From: an uncultured Chthonomonadaceae bacterium
GTDB taxonomy: Bacteria > Armatimonadota > Chthonomonadetes > Chthonomonadales > Chthonomonadaceae
Reading direction: 5' to 3'
Assembly (NCBI GenBank): GCA_963835065.1
Contig: CAWIEK010000024.1
Span: 88,787 to 152,786, forward strand
DNA length: 64,000 nt
The notes below the pieces were generated by a model. That model searched no databases, was not told where the DNA came from, and saw only the letters and a program-made list of their open reading frames with translations. This document shows, piece by piece, positions 29,656 through 40,714 of the stretch (position 1 is the first letter of the stretch; each line of letters begins with the position of its first letter). Both the position numbers and the translations under genes were made by a program.

Positions 29656-31149
29656 CGAACTTGCGAAACTGGAAAATACGGACGAAGCTGGTGCTGATGG
29701 TTGTAGCCTTCGTCACCGCCCTGCTGTCTTACGCCTCCGTGTCCTACAACACGCGCCAACAGCTGCAGATAGACGGTCCCTACTTTGACCGCATTATGCG
29801 TACCCGACAACTGCTGGCGGACATTGCGCCTTCGCCGCTGTATCTCGGCGAAGCGTATTTAATCGCCTGGCAGGTGGTATCCGCGCCGGATGGGGCGCAG
29901 CGCGACGCGCTCATCCAAAAATTGCGCGTACTGCGGCAATCTTACGACACGAACCATGCGCTGTGGCAAAAAACGCTGACCGCCAACCCCGATGAGGCTA
30001 TGAAGCAGGCGCTGCTTGTAAAAGCGCACGACCCGGCGGTACGGTTTTTCGAGACAGCGGAAAAAGCCTTTCTCCCGGCTGTCCTGGCCGGCGACCGGAA
30101 CAAAGCGGCGGCTGCTGCTGAACGGCGCTATGCAGCGCGACTATGACGAGCATCGCCTGGGCATTGATGAAGCGGTACGGCTGGCGGATGTGGAAAACGC
30201 GGGCTTGAAACAGGAAGCGGAATCGCTGATCCATTCCAGGAGTTTGCTGCAAGTAGGCTTGTTGGTGGGCGTGATCGCGCTTTTCGGCCTGGGAATTGGC
30301 CCGCTCATCAGCCGCTCGATCACCCATCCCCTGCAGGGAACGGTGAACGCCCTTTCCACAACGTCGGTAGAACTCGCTTCCACCATTGAGGAACAGGAGC
30401 GCACCGCCATGAGCCAATCCGCTGCGGTGAGCCAGACCACAGCGGCTATGGACGAATTGGACGCTTCTTTCAACCAGACGGCGGAAGTGGTGAGGGTCGC
30501 CGCCGAGCGCGTACAGCAATCCGTCGCCGTCGCCAATGAGGGCATCAAAACGGTGCGGCAGATGCAGGAGGGGATGCTCGATTTAAAAGAAAAAGTGGGA
30601 ACAACGGTGGCGGGGCAGATTCTAAAATTGAGCGAACAGACCGCGCAAATCAGCGCCATCACCAATCAGGTCGGTGATCTGGCGAACCAGACCAACATGC
30701 TGGCGCTCAACGCTGCGGTGGAAGCGGCGCGGGCCGGAGAACACGGCAAAGGATTCGCGGTTGTCGCCGCCGAAATCCGCAAGCTGGCCGATGCAAGCCG
30801 CAGGTCCGCCGAACGCATCAACGCGCTTGTGGACGACATCCAGAAGGCCACCAATGCCACCGTGATGGCAACTGAGGAAAGCACCAAAACGGTAGAGCAG
30901 GCAATCCAGCGCGCGCAGGCGACAGTGGCCGCTTTCAACGAGCTGAAGGAAGCCAGCAACATCGCCGCCGACACCGCGCAGCAAACCTTGCTGAGTGTCC
31001 CGCAGCAAGTCACCGCCGTTAAGCAGGTACTCGAATCCATGGACGCGCTGAATACGGGGTCACGAGAAACCGCCGGAGCCATCGGCCAGAGCCGCGCCGG
31101 CATGGAAACCCTGCGAGAAACAGTATTCCGGCTCAAGTCCACAATCTGA
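29652..31149 (+). CDS. Methyl-accepting chemotaxis protein, frameshift near 30115
   Basis: [15 protein letters not shown]1, sensor domain (GPYF...[11 protein letters not shown]), TM2, hairpin [34 protein letters not shown]. Confidence 0.88.
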
Positions 31150-31203
31150 ACAAGAGCCGAAACAGCAAGAAGTAAAACACCAGGAAACAAGGCAAGTAAA
31201 GCC

Positions 31204-33859
31204 ATGATTGACGACCCGGAACTTCGCGCGCTTTTCAAAGCCGAAAGCGAAGAACATCTGCAAACATTGGAAAACGGGCTGCTCCGCCTGGAAGCGGAAC
31301 CGCGCGATGCCGCCGCCATGCTGGAAGAACTTTTCCGCAGCGCCCACAGCCTCAAGGGCGCGGCGCGGATGCTGGGCGTGGAAGGCGTGGAAACGCTGGC
31401 GCACCACTTCGAGGACGAACTGGGCGCGGCGAAGCGTGGGCACAGCGTCATATCTTCGGCAATGGCGGATCGCCTTTATCGTGGCGTGGACGCCATGCGA
31501 AAACTGGCGCGGGAAGCCAGTGACGGCGAAGCCGCGCAGGTGGACATTCCCCAGGTACTGGCGCAGTTGCGCGGCGACGGCCTGCCCCCTGCTCCCGCGC
31601 CGGAAGTAATGGTTGTGGCCCTCACCCCGCTCGCAAAAGAGCCTGGGAGCGGGGAGACTGGATATTTGGGGGATGGGGCTGAACAGTTACCTGCTGAAAT
31701 AACTTCCGATGAAGCCAAAGCCGGCCCGTTGCGCTTACCTGTTGTACTGCAAATGGAGAATGTTCCGGCCCCGCAGAAGCCGCCGCGCAACGGAGCCACG
31801 CTGGAACCCAATGGGGCCGCGCTGCGCGCTGCCATTGCGCTGCCGCCGACGCGGGAAACTTCCAATGATAAGCCGGCCATCGCGGTTGAGGAACCGCCCA
31901 TTGCGGCTAAGGAACCGTCCGATGTCAGCGAGTTGCCTGCCGTTGGCCGCGAGCCGTTTGATGTTGTCAGTAATGCGCTTGCGGTCAATGGACGAGGCGC
32001 TCGTGTCGCCGGCAGTGTTCAAGATTGAAACCATCCGCGTGGAGCCGCAAAAGCTGGACGCGCTGATGACGCTGGCCGGGGAAATGGCCGTGACCACAAC
32101 GCGGGTGGCGCGCGCCCTGGCTGTAATCGGCGACCTGGTGGCGCTGTCGGAGGAGTGGGGCCGCGATACGGACATGGGGCGTTCCGCGCCTGCCGCCCTG
32201 CCGGACGGCCTTTCCGGCGATTCGCGTCCCGGCCTGCGTGAAAATCCTGCCCGTTTTCAGGAGCGCGAAACCGCGCGGCAGGAACGGCTGGCACACTTGC
32301 TGGGCCAATTGGAGCGAACGAGCGACGAAGGCATTACGCGCCTGGGGCTGGTGTCGGACGCGCTGGACGAGGCGATCCGCAGTATGCGCAGCCTGCCGTT
32401 TTCCACCATCTTCAGCCTGTTTCCCCGCATGGCGCGTGATTTAAGCCGGGAGCAGGGCAAAGAAGTACGGCTGGTTGTGGAGGGGGGAACCATTGCCGCC
32501 GACAAACACCTGCTCGAAGAATTGAAAGACCCGCTGATGCACCTGCTTCGCAACGCCATTGATCACGGCATCGAACTGCCGGACGAGCGCATACGGCAGG
32601 GCAAGCCGCGCGAAGCGACGCTTACTTTGCGCGCCTTCCAGACGGCGGCCAGCGTGGTTATCGAAATCACGGACGATGGACGGGGCCTGGATGTGGAAGC
32701 GATTCGCCGCGCCGCGCTGCGCAAGCGTTTGCGAAGCGCGGCGGAACTCGCCGCGCTGTCAGACGAAGCCGCGCAGATGCTTATCTTCGCGCCCGGCTTT
32801 TCCACCAGTCCGCTCATTACCAATGTTTCCGGGCGGGGCGTGGGGCTGGATGTTGTCCGCGCCAACATCGAGCGACTCAAAGGCATGGTTGATGTAGAGT
32901 CCGTGTCCGGGCGCGGCTGCACCTTCCGATTGCAGGCTCCTATTACGCTGGCGACAACGCGCGTCCTATTGGTGCGAGTGGCGAAGCGGAGTTACGCCCT
33001 GCCCATTGAGGCCGTGCAGAACATTTCTCTCGTATCCCCACAAGCCGTGTTTTCCATGGAGGGGCGTCCCACGATCAGCCGGGACAGCCTGCCCATCCCG
33101 GTCGCGCGCCTGACGGACCTGCTGAATTTGCCGGACGCGCAAACGACAAATCCTGCCGGCAAAGCAAGTCAGGCTCCCATCGGCAAAGCGGGCCAGCCGT
33201 CTATCGGCAAAGCGGGACGAGAAGCGATTTCGCCGGAGCGCCGCCTGCTGCCGTGCATTCTCCTTACCATCGGCGCGGAGAAGTTGGGGCTGTTCGTGGA
33301 TGAACTGCTGGACGAGCAGGAAGTAATTGTCAAGCCTTTCGGCGGGCTGCTGCAGCGCGTTCGCAACGTTGTTGGCGCAACGATTTTGAATACGGGGGAG
33401 ATTTGCATGGTATTGAACCCACAGGACTTGATTGCAAGCGCGCGCAAGGAACGAACCGTCCACGTGGAAGCGGTTCCGAATGAAGAAGCGGAGCGCAAAA
33501 AAGTCTTGCTGCTCGCCGAGGACTCGATTACGACGCGGACGCAGGAAAAACGCATTTTGGAAGGCGCAGGCTACGAGGTCGTTACGGCGGTGGATGGCGC
33601 GGATGCGTTCAGCAAACTGGGAACCCGCAGTTTTGACGCGGTGGTTTCGGACGTGGAAATGCCCAACATGAGCGGTTTGGCGCTGGCGGCGCGCATACGG
33701 CAGGACGTGAAATACAAGGAACTGCCCATCATCCTCGTCACGTCGCTGGCTTCCGATGAAGACCGGCAGCGCGGCATTGACGTGGGAGCCAACGCCTACA
33801 TCACGAAAGGCACATTCGAGCAAACCGTGCTTCTGGACACGCTAAGGAGGCTGGTATAA
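31204..33859 (+). CDS. cheA: Hybrid CheA (Hpt-dimerisation-HATPase-CheW-REC), frameshift near 31990
   Basis: FRSAHSLKGAA (Hpt), HLLRNAIDHGIE, DDGRG, SGRGVGLDVV, CheW domain, REC (LLAEDS, SDVEMP). Confidence 0.92.
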
Positions 33860-34975
33860 ATGTCTCAAAAACCGATTCGGGTATTGCTGGTAGATGATTC
33901 GCCGCTCGCGCTGATCGTGCTGCAGCGGCTGCTGGCGGCTTCGCCGGACATTGAAGTGGTGGGCACGGCGACCAATGGCTATGAAGCCCTGGAGTTGATC
34001 CCCCACCTGCAGCCGGCGCTGATTTGCACCGACTACCACATGCCGAAAATGAACGGGCTGGAATTTACTCAAGAAGTGATGGCCCGCTTTCCGCGCCCGA
34101 TTCTGGTGGTCAGTTCCGCTGTGGGAAGCGAGGCCGACACGGACAGGGTTTTCGCCCTGCTCCAGGCCGGAGCCGTAGACGTTTTCCCCAAGCCGCGCGG
34201 CGGGCCGGATGCCGATGCGGTTGCCGCCGAGCAGTTCGTTAAAAAGGTAAAGATCGTGGCGGGCGTGGTGGTATGGGGCAGGCCGGCAAAAAAGGCAGCA
34301 GTCCCGCCTGCTCCCTCACTTGCCCGCGCAACGCCCGCTCCCTCGCTTGCCCATCTCACGCCCCCTCCGGCGCGCAGTCTGCGCGCGCCGCAAATGGTTG
34401 TTATCGGAGCCTCGACGGGTGGGCCGCCCGCGCTGCAAACAATTTTATCGCAGTTGCCGGGCAATTTTCCGCTGCCCATTCTTTGCGTGCAGCACATCAG
34501 CGCGGGTTTTTTGCCGGGACTGGTAAGCTGGCTGGCGGCGCACTGCCAGGTGAAAATCGAAATCGCGCGCCCCGGCGAAATTGCACAGCCGGGATGCGTT
34601 TACTTTCCCCCGGAAAACACTCATCTAATCATAGACCGCAAAGGCCGGCTGCAAGCCTCGAACGAGCCGCCGCTCGAAGGACATCGCCCATCCGTCACCG
34701 TTACCTTCCGCTCGGCAGCCGAAATCTACGGGGACGCGGCGATTGGCGTACTGCTGACCGGCATGGGGCGCGACGGCGGCGAAGGGATGCAGGCAATGGC
34801 GCAGGCCGGCGCGCTGACTATCGCGCAGGACGAGGCGACCTGCGTGGTTTTTGGAATGCCCAGAGACGCTGTGGAGCGCGGCGCGGCGCGGGCTGTACTG
34901 CCCATCGGAGATATTGCGCGCGCCCTGATCGAAGCGGCAAGCCCCGCGTCGCGTACGCCCGGAGAACGGAGTTAA
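33860..34975 (+). CDS. cheB: Chemotaxis methylesterase CheB
   Basis: REC domain, GASTGG, VQHI, HRPSV, LTGMGRDG. Confidence 0.95.
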   Translation: MSQKPIRVLLVDDSPLALIVLQRLLAASPDIEVVGTATNGYEALELIPHLQPALICTDYHMPKMNGLEFTQEVMARFPRPILVVSSAVGSEADTDRVFALLQAGAVDVFPKPRGGPDADAVAAEQFVKKVKIVAGVVVWGRPAKKAAVPPAPSLARATPAPSLAHLTPPPARSLRAPQMVVIGASTGGPPALQTILSQLPGNFPLPILCVQHISAGFLPGLVSWLAAHCQVKIEIARPGEIAQPGCVYFPPENTHLIIDRKGRLQASNEPPLEGHRPSVTVTFRSAAEIYGDAAIGVLLTGMGRDGGEGMQAMAQAGALTIAQDEATCVVFGMPRDAVERGAARAVLPIGDIARALIEAASPASRTPGERS

Positions 34976-34976
34976 C

Positions 34977-36611
34977 GTGGAAAACAGCGACACCGGCAAG
35001 ACCATTTTAGCGGCGGACGACAGCGCGGTAGCGCGCGCCCTGCTGTCTCGCTTATTGAAGGGCGCGGGGTATCAGGTTGTCACCGCAACGGATGGGATCG
35101 AAGCCGCGCAGCAGGCGTACAGCGTCATGCCGGATTTGATCATTGTGGATATTACCATGCCGCGCATGAACGGCTATCAGGTCTGCCGCCTGCTCAAGCG
35201 CGACCCGGCGATTTCCCATATCCCGGTGATTATTCTCACGGGCGCGGACAGTCGCGGAACCGAGTTCTGGAGCCTGCGCACGGGCGCGGATGCGTTTCTG
35301 TTCAAAAGCGCGGAACCCGCCGAGTTGTTGGCGACTGTGGAACATCTATTAACACAGGCGTCCGCGCGCTCCGGCCAGGCCGGAGGAATTCTCCCGCCGC
35401 CGCAGGGGGGACGAACGCCGGGGCCGGAAGAAATTCTGTTCAAAGTCTGCGCGCTGATGGATGAAGAGTTGTACGCCACCACCATCGAGCGCATTGAATT
35501 GAAAACGATCCTGCAAAACCTGAAGGACGGGGTTTTGACGCTGAATATGGCGCGCGAAGTGACTGCCGCCAATCAAGCGCTGTGCGAGATGCTGGGCAGG
35601 GACGAAAGCGAATTGCTGTCCCAGCCCTGCGGCATAGCGCTTGGGGAACCGGCAGGAGCCATCCTGCTGGAAGCGTTCGCAGCCGCGCTTGCCGGGGGTG
35701 AGGGAGTGGAGCAGGAGTCTGAAATCCGGCATCAAACCGGGCAGACAACGCCGGTTGCCATCAGCGCCGTGCCCCTGCGCGACTTCCTGGGCACAACCGT
35801 AGGCGGTGTGTGCCTGTTCCATGACATCACGCGGCGCAAGGAGATGGAAACGCTGTACGAGCAGATGCGTTCCCTCAACAAAGTCAAAAACGACCTGACG
35901 CACATGATCGTGCATGATCTGCGGACGCCGCTGAGTTCGGTGATTACGGGGATGCAGACGCTGGAAGCGTTCAGCGACCTGGATGAATTGCAGCAGGAAA
36001 TGGTCAGCATTGCGATCACGGGCGGCGAAGTTCTGCTTGGCATGATCAACACGCTGCTGGATGTGGAGAAAATGGAAAGCGGCGAAATGCAGTTACAGTA
36101 TGCCGCGCTGCCTGCCGACGAACTTGTTGCCACTGCCATCGGGCAGGTGGCTTCCCTTGCCGAAAGCAGCGGCCTGACGCTTATGCAGCAAATCGAGCCG
36201 AACCTGCCCTTATTTCAGGGGGATGCGGACAAACTGCGCCGCACGCTCGTCAATCTGCTTGGCAACGCCATCAAATTCACGCCGCGCGGCGGCACGGTGA
36301 CGGTGGAAGCGCGGCAGGAAGCGGACGGACGCGGGCTGCTGTTTTCCGTCCGCGACACGGGCGAAGGCATCCCGCCCGAAGCGTTCGGGCGTATCTTCGA
36401 GAAGTTCGGGCAGGTGGAAACTCGCAAGGCCGGGCGCACTCAGAGTACCGGGTTGGGCCTGACCTTCTGCAAACTGGCGGTGGAAGCGCACGGCGGCAGC
36501 ATCCAGGTGGACAGCGTACCGGGCAAAGGCAGCGTTTTCTCCTTCACGATCCCGCTGACAACCAACACTCTCCTGCCGGACACGCAAGAGCGGCAATTAA
36601 CCGCAGTTTAA
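34977..36611 (+). CDS. REC-PAS-HisKA-HATPase hybrid histidine kinase
   Basis: ILAADDS, DITMPRMNG, PAS, HDLRTPL, NLLGNAIKF, DTGEG, GLGL. Confidence 0.92.
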   Translation: MENSDTGKTILAADDSAVARALLSRLLKGAGYQVVTATDGIEAAQQAYSVMPDLIIVDITMPRMNGYQVCRLLKRDPAISHIPVIILTGADSRGTEFWSLRTGADAFLFKSAEPAELLATVEHLLTQASARSGQAGGILPPPQGGRTPGPEEILFKVCALMDEELYATTIERIELKTILQNLKDGVLTLNMAREVTAANQALCEMLGRDESELLSQPCGIALGEPAGAILLEAFAAALAGGEGVEQESEIRHQTGQTTPVAISAVPLRDFLGTTVGGVCLFHDITRRKEMETLYEQMRSLNKVKNDLTHMIVHDLRTPLSSVITGMQTLEAFSDLDELQQEMVSIAITGGEVLLGMINTLLDVEKMESGEMQLQYAALPADELVATAIGQVASLAESSGLTLMQQIEPNLPLFQGDADKLRRTLVNLLGNAIKFTPRGGTVTVEARQEADGRGLLFSVRDTGEGIPPEAFGRIFEKFGQVETRKAGRTQSTGLGLTFCKLAVEAHGGSIQVDSVPGKGSVFSFTIPLTTNTLLPDTQERQLTAV

Positions 36612-36705
36612 GAGCCTCTCCCAAGAGTTCGCGGCATTTGCGTCCGCAGGACGCTTGACCTTTCCTGCCGGGGATTTTCAATCCCCGGCCCATTAGGAGA
36701 GGCTC
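36612..36705. mobile_element. ~94-bp MITE with IS5-like terminal inverted repeats
   Basis: TAA|GAGCCTCTCC...GGAGAGGCTC|TTA; internal sequence shared (inverted) with 53730-53822. Confidence 0.65.
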
Positions 36706-36738
36706 TTAAAGTAACGACACCTTCAAAGGGGCAGTAAG

Positions 36739-37938
36739 ATGGTTTCTACGATTTCGCGTCCCGATTTCGCTTTCAATTTCGATGCGGCAGCGCTTACGGA
36801 CAAGGCGCGGAACGCGCTCGGCCTGCCTGCTTTCCAGATTGAGGACTGGCGCTGCACAACTCTGACGGGGCACATCAGCAATCCGGCGACCGGCGGCTTG
36901 TACCGCGTCCAGGGAAGCGGGCGGCACAACGCCGGGACCTTACCCTGGTCTCTTATCCTCAAAGTCGCGCATCTGGCCGAGGATACGTCGCAGGGATGGG
37001 GCAGCGATCTCCTGCACTTCGGTTATTGGAAGCGGGAAGCGCTGGCCTACCAGTCCGGGGTTTTGGAGGCGCTTGGCCCGAACCTGAGAGCGCCCCGCTG
37101 TTTTGCCGTGGAAGAGCAGCCGAACGGAAGCGTGTGGCTGTGGCTGGAAGAGATTTCCGAAAGCGGGCCGGCAGCCTGGCCTGTGGCGCGCTACGGCCTG
37201 GCGTCCCGCCACTTCGGACAATGGCAGGGAACCTATCTCAGTGGTCGTCCCTTGCCGGTTTTCCCCTGGCTGCGAACCGGCTGGCTGCGCTCGTGGGTGG
37301 AACATTTTGAGTTTTTAACAAACTATCTGCTGCACCCGGACTTTTGGGAACACCCACTCACGCGCGCGGCATTCCCGGTTCCTGTCGCGGAGCGCCTGCT
37401 GAACCTATGGGCAGAGCGGATGGCGTGGATAGACATTCTCGACCGGATGCCGCAAACCCTCTGCCACTTCGATACGTGGCGGCCCAACCTGCTTGCCGGT
37501 ATCAGCCCGGACGGACAGGAGCAAACGGTAGCGCTGGATTGGCAGTGTATGGGATTGGGACCTGCCGGGGAGGTCGGCAATCTGCTGCTCACCGCGCTGA
37601 TGACTCTGGAAATCAAGGCGGCGGACGCGAAGGTTTTGGACGCCGCGATCTGGGAGAATTATCTGCAGGGCTTGCTGGAAGCGGGTTGGGGAGGCGACCC
37701 GCGCCATGCGCGTTTCTGCTACACGGCTTACCCGGCTTTGCGGTGGGGGCTGGTCTTTCCAATGCTGATGATTGTGCCCTATGTGCTCAGTGAAAGCAAG
37801 CGCGCCGAAGCGGAAGCGAAGTACGGGCAATCCCTTGAGGAACTGCTGCATCAATGGGCGGGCGCGCTTTACTTCCTGCTCGATATGGCGGACGAGGCGC
37901 GCGGCCTTGCCGGTACGCTCCGCGCAGAATTTCTGTGA
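36739..37938 (+). CDS. Aminoglycoside phosphotransferase / choline kinase-like protein
   Basis: LILK, WKREALAY, LWLEEI, TLCHFDTWRPN, ALDW. Confidence 0.8.
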   Translation: MVSTISRPDFAFNFDAAALTDKARNALGLPAFQIEDWRCTTLTGHISNPATGGLYRVQGSGRHNAGTLPWSLILKVAHLAEDTSQGWGSDLLHFGYWKREALAYQSGVLEALGPNLRAPRCFAVEEQPNGSVWLWLEEISESGPAAWPVARYGLASRHFGQWQGTYLSGRPLPVFPWLRTGWLRSWVEHFEFLTNYLLHPDFWEHPLTRAAFPVPVAERLLNLWAERMAWIDILDRMPQTLCHFDTWRPNLLAGISPDGQEQTVALDWQCMGLGPAGEVGNLLLTALMTLEIKAADAKVLDAAIWENYLQGLLEAGWGGDPRHARFCYTAYPALRWGLVFPMLMIVPYVLSESKRAEAEAKYGQSLEELLHQWAGALYFLLDMADEARGLAGTLRAEFL

Positions 37939-38017
37939 GCAACTCTTAATAAGGGCGCATTTCAAATTTCAGGCGTTCACGTTGAGCCTGTCTGCCGGGA
38001 TTGAATACCGGGGATTT

Positions 38018-38902
38018 TCAATCCCCGGAACGGTTGGTTTGTTTCGGAAACAGGGGCGAGGGGCGCATATACGGCACTTGAATGAAGGACGGGGCGTGAA
38101 CCTGTGGGGAAAAGACGCCTGCCGTCAACGGCCCCCCGAAAACGGCTCCCGTATCCAGGCCGATCTTGTTGCGGTGAACGAGAGGCCGTCCCGTTCGCTG
38201 CGGCGTGTGCCCGAAGACGACAATACGCCCGTCAAAGTCGGCGCGGCTTGACACAAACGGTTCTCGAATCCACAAGCGGGGGTCAATCGCCCAGCCTTCG
38301 GACGCCCAGGTCGTTCCCGGCGTCAGCAGCCCGGCATGTACAAAGTGATAGCGCGACGTGACATAATCCATTCGCGTTGCCCGCAGGAACTCCCAATGCG
38401 AGGGCGGAATCGCTGCCAGCCAGCCGGAAAAGGAAGCCTTGAAGTCGGCCAAAGGGCCGGCGGGGATGCGCAGCAGGACATAGCCGATGGTTTCGCACCA
38501 TTCCTGAAACCCCGGCGGCGCGTAGGAAAGCAGCGTTTCCATCCCGCCGTTTTGCAGCCACGTAAGCGTCAGTTGGGCGTGCAAGGCATGATCGGGCGCG
38601 TCCATGCAATTCGGAGCATCGCCGCAGGCATCCAGCATCAGCTGCTCATGGTTGCCGCGCAGGAAGACCGTATCAGGGTGTCGCTCCCGCCATTGCAGCA
38701 GCGTTTCGAGAACACCGCGCGCATTCTCGCCCCGATCCACGTAGTCACCCAAAAAGACTACCGTGTCCTCATCCTGTAACGGCAGTTCCATGAGTTTGGT
38801 CAGCAAAGCCTCCAGCATGGTCTGCTGTCCATGAATATCGCCAATCGCGTAAATCACCGTGTTGATTACGGCGCATTGTTCGGCGGCAAAGGTGTTGAGC
38901 AT
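38018..38902 (-). CDS. Metallophosphoesterase (PrpA/PrpB-like Ser/Thr protein phosphatase)
   Basis: GDIHG, GDYVDRG, GNHE, FVHAG, FGHTP, DTGA. Confidence 0.9.
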   Translation of the reverse strand: MLNTFAAEQCAVINTVIYAIGDIHGQQTMLEALLTKLMELPLQDEDTVVFLGDYVDRGENARGVLETLLQWRERHPDTVFLRGNHEQLMLDACGDAPNCMDAPDHALHAQLTLTWLQNGGMETLLSYAPPGFQEWCETIGYVLLRIPAGPLADFKASFSGWLAAIPPSHWEFLRATRMDYVTSRYHFVHAGLLTPGTTWASEGWAIDPRLWIREPFVSSRADFDGRIVVFGHTPQRTGRPLVHRNKIGLDTGAVFGGPLTAGVFSPQVHAPSFIQVPYMRPSPLFPKQTNRSGD

Positions 38903-39063
38903 GAGGCTGCCTTGCTAACGCGCTTGTTGTCTTCCTGCGCCATAGGTTCTTCTGGGGGCGGAGGCGGCGCGGCGGCGCGTCCCACTGCTACCGAGACGGC
39001 GGGTTCCTCCGCATCTTTACGGAATTCGCGCGCATACCATTCTTCGCTCAGGTTCAGTCGCAT
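38866..39063 (-). CDS. Hypothetical small protein
   Basis: MRLNLSEEWYAREFRKDAEEP... preceded by GAGGA; co-oriented with and overlapping the phosphatase. Confidence 0.35.
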   Translation of the reverse strand: MRLNLSEEWYAREFRKDAEEPAVSVAVGRAAAPPPPPEEPMAQEDNKRVSKAASCSTPLPPNNAP

Positions 39064-39240
39064 AATTTTCCTCACAAGTGTAAGTAGCGGTTCGCCTGTT
39101 CGGGCGACATTACAATACCTGTGTCAACAGTATACACATTTTTCAACCAATTTCCAACGTAGAATCCAATGCGCCCAGCCTGAACCTATCAGGCTGGGCG
39201 TATCTGGAAACTTGAGCCGTTCAATCATCCGCCATTGGCA

Positions 39241-39315
39241 GTTGCGGCAACGAGGCTTTCGTAACCACTGTTGCGGTATTGCGCCTCGTGCAAGCGTCGG
39301 TACATGCCGCCTGCG
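39241..39315 (-). pseudogene. Stranded duplicate of the ABC transporter 3' end (direct repeat of 41962-42036)
   Basis: 59/75 ungapped identity by hand; encodes AGGMYRRLHEAQYRNSGYESLVAATA versus AGGVYQRLHEAQYRSNGFENAVVATA. Confidence 0.8.
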
Positions 39316-39366
39316 AGTAACAAACCCCAAATTGAATCAAGACTGAGTTGAAGCATAAAGAGACAG

Positions 39367-39410
39367 TGGCAGGACGTTTACAATCATAAACGTCCTGCCA
39401 TTTGCTTTCT
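39367..39410 (+). terminator. Perfect 14-bp hairpin followed by a T-rich tract
   Basis: TGGCAGGACGTTTA caatca TAAACGTCCTGCCA tttgctttct. Confidence 0.55.
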
Positions 39411-39417
39411 TCAATGA

Positions 39418-39440
39418 ATACTTTAGTCTGTGGACTAAGC
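39418..39440 (+). promoter_or_regulatory. C-box-like operator upstream of the controller gene
   Basis: ATACTTTAGTCTGTGGACTAAGC contains the AGTC-NGTG-GACT core seen in R-M C-boxes, just before the C-gene ATG. Confidence 0.6.
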
Positions 39441-39450
39441 CGTTTGTATT

Positions 39451-39729
39451 ATGCAACAATTCTTTCCCATGAGAACAACTACGCCATCACTGGAACATGA
39501 AATTGGACGCATCCTTCGCAGGTTGCGCGAATCAAAAGGATGGACACAAGAGGAACTTGCAGACCGCTGCAGTATTCATCGAACCTATGTGAGTCAACTT
39601 GAGCGTGGGTTAAAGTCGCCTACTGTGCGTTTGCTTTGGACACTTTCTGACTGTCTCTCCATCAAGCCGCATGAGTATCTCAGGGAAGCAGAGGAAGCGT
39701 TAGAAGGAGGGGATGATGCCACGCTCTAG
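39451..39729 (+). CDS. R-M controller (C) protein, XRE HTH
   Basis: LRRLRESKGWTQEELADRCSIHRTYVSQLERGLKSPT; overlaps the start of the endonuclease gene. Confidence 0.85.
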   Translation: MQQFFPMRTTTPSLEHEIGRILRRLRESKGWTQEELADRCSIHRTYVSQLERGLKSPTVRLLWTLSDCLSIKPHEYLREAEEALEGGDDATL

Positions 39730-40714
39730 TCTGCCCAAACTTCCTAAGTTCCTGCATGGCAAGATTTACAAGACAGGAACGACGCGCGGCGCGAGTAACG
39801 GTGAGATATATCAAGATCGCGTTCCTCGCGCGAGTACAGTTCTCATTCCGTACCCGAACTGGAAAGATTACCAAGCCTATCAACAGGAGTTCAAAGAAGG
39901 GTTCATTGTTCTAATCTCGCCTACAGATTATTTCAAAAATCCACCTGTTGATGTTGATTTGAAATCAGAAGGGCTTGTTCTAGGGCAGAACGCCCTCGTG
40001 TTTTACCACAAACCAGATCAATGGGATACAAACAACCCTGACGATGCTCCTCTAAACTGGCAATACGCAAAGTGCCGTACCGCGCCTCTCGGCGGAAATT
40101 ACGTCGCGCGTATTTCCGCAACCACTGCTGCCAAAAACAGCGACAGCATCATTCGGGGATTTACTCAAAAGTTTAGCAGAGGAGCCGGTATCAGAGTTTT
40201 TGAATACGCCAATGCCTCAACCGTAGAAGAATGTCGCAAGCAACTTGAAGCGCTGGTTTGGCTTTGTCCTGATTCGGAGGAGGTTATGGCTAAATATGGC
40301 ATGACGCCAGACGATGTGGTAAAACGTAAAAATGCCATGCTGCAGATATGTGATGAACAGGGACTGCTTGACTTCACCAGGCTTATCGAAGCGCGCGTCA
40401 TTAATAAAAACTACAAAACTGTCTGCCCGTTGTGTCTTGAAGAATTCTCGGCACAAGGCTTTTTTACGCCCATGCAACAGGCAGAAGGGCGAACGATTCA
40501 CAACCTTACGGGAACCGAACTGAACCTGTTCCACATTGAGGGACTTCAGGTTGGAGTATTCAATCACCGTAAATATAATGTTGGATGGGGGCATCACCAC
40601 TGCAACACTGTGGTTCGGGACTACGGCATCAAAGATACGCTTGCATGGATGACAAAGGTGTTAAAGCGCAACGCTGATGAAGGTCATTCCGATGATGTTA
40701 GTAATGACAATTGA
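39713..40714 (+). CDS. Type II restriction endonuclease, BstXI family
   Basis: LPKLP...KIYKTGTTRGA...IYQDRV.RASTVLIPY N-terminus; C-terminal CPLC...LFHIE...NVGWGHHHCN; lies between C and MTase genes. Confidence 0.8.
   Translation: MMPRSSLPKLPKFLHGKIYKTGTTRGASNGEIYQDRVPRASTVLIPYPNWKDYQAYQQEFKEGFIVLISPTDYFKNPPVDVDLKSEGLVLGQNALVFYHKPDQWDTNNPDDAPLNWQYAKCRTAPLGGNYVARISATTAAKNSDSIIRGFTQKFSRGAGIRVFEYANASTVEECRKQLEALVWLCPDSEEVMAKYGMTPDDVVKRKNAMLQICDEQGLLDFTRLIEARVINKNYKTVCPLCLEEFSAQGFFTPMQQAEGRTIHNLTGTELNLFHIEGLQVGVFNHRKYNVGWGHHHCNTVVRDYGIKDTLAWMTKVLKRNADEGHSDDVSNDN

Noticed and set aside
28623..32030. Programmed frameshifting in the che genes
   Set aside because: No slippery sites are evident, and similar indels occur throughout the window.
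33158..33230. 24-bp triple repeat in cheA (GKASQAPI GKAGQPSI GKAGREAI)
   Set aside because: An in-frame loop expansion with no sign of a separate element.
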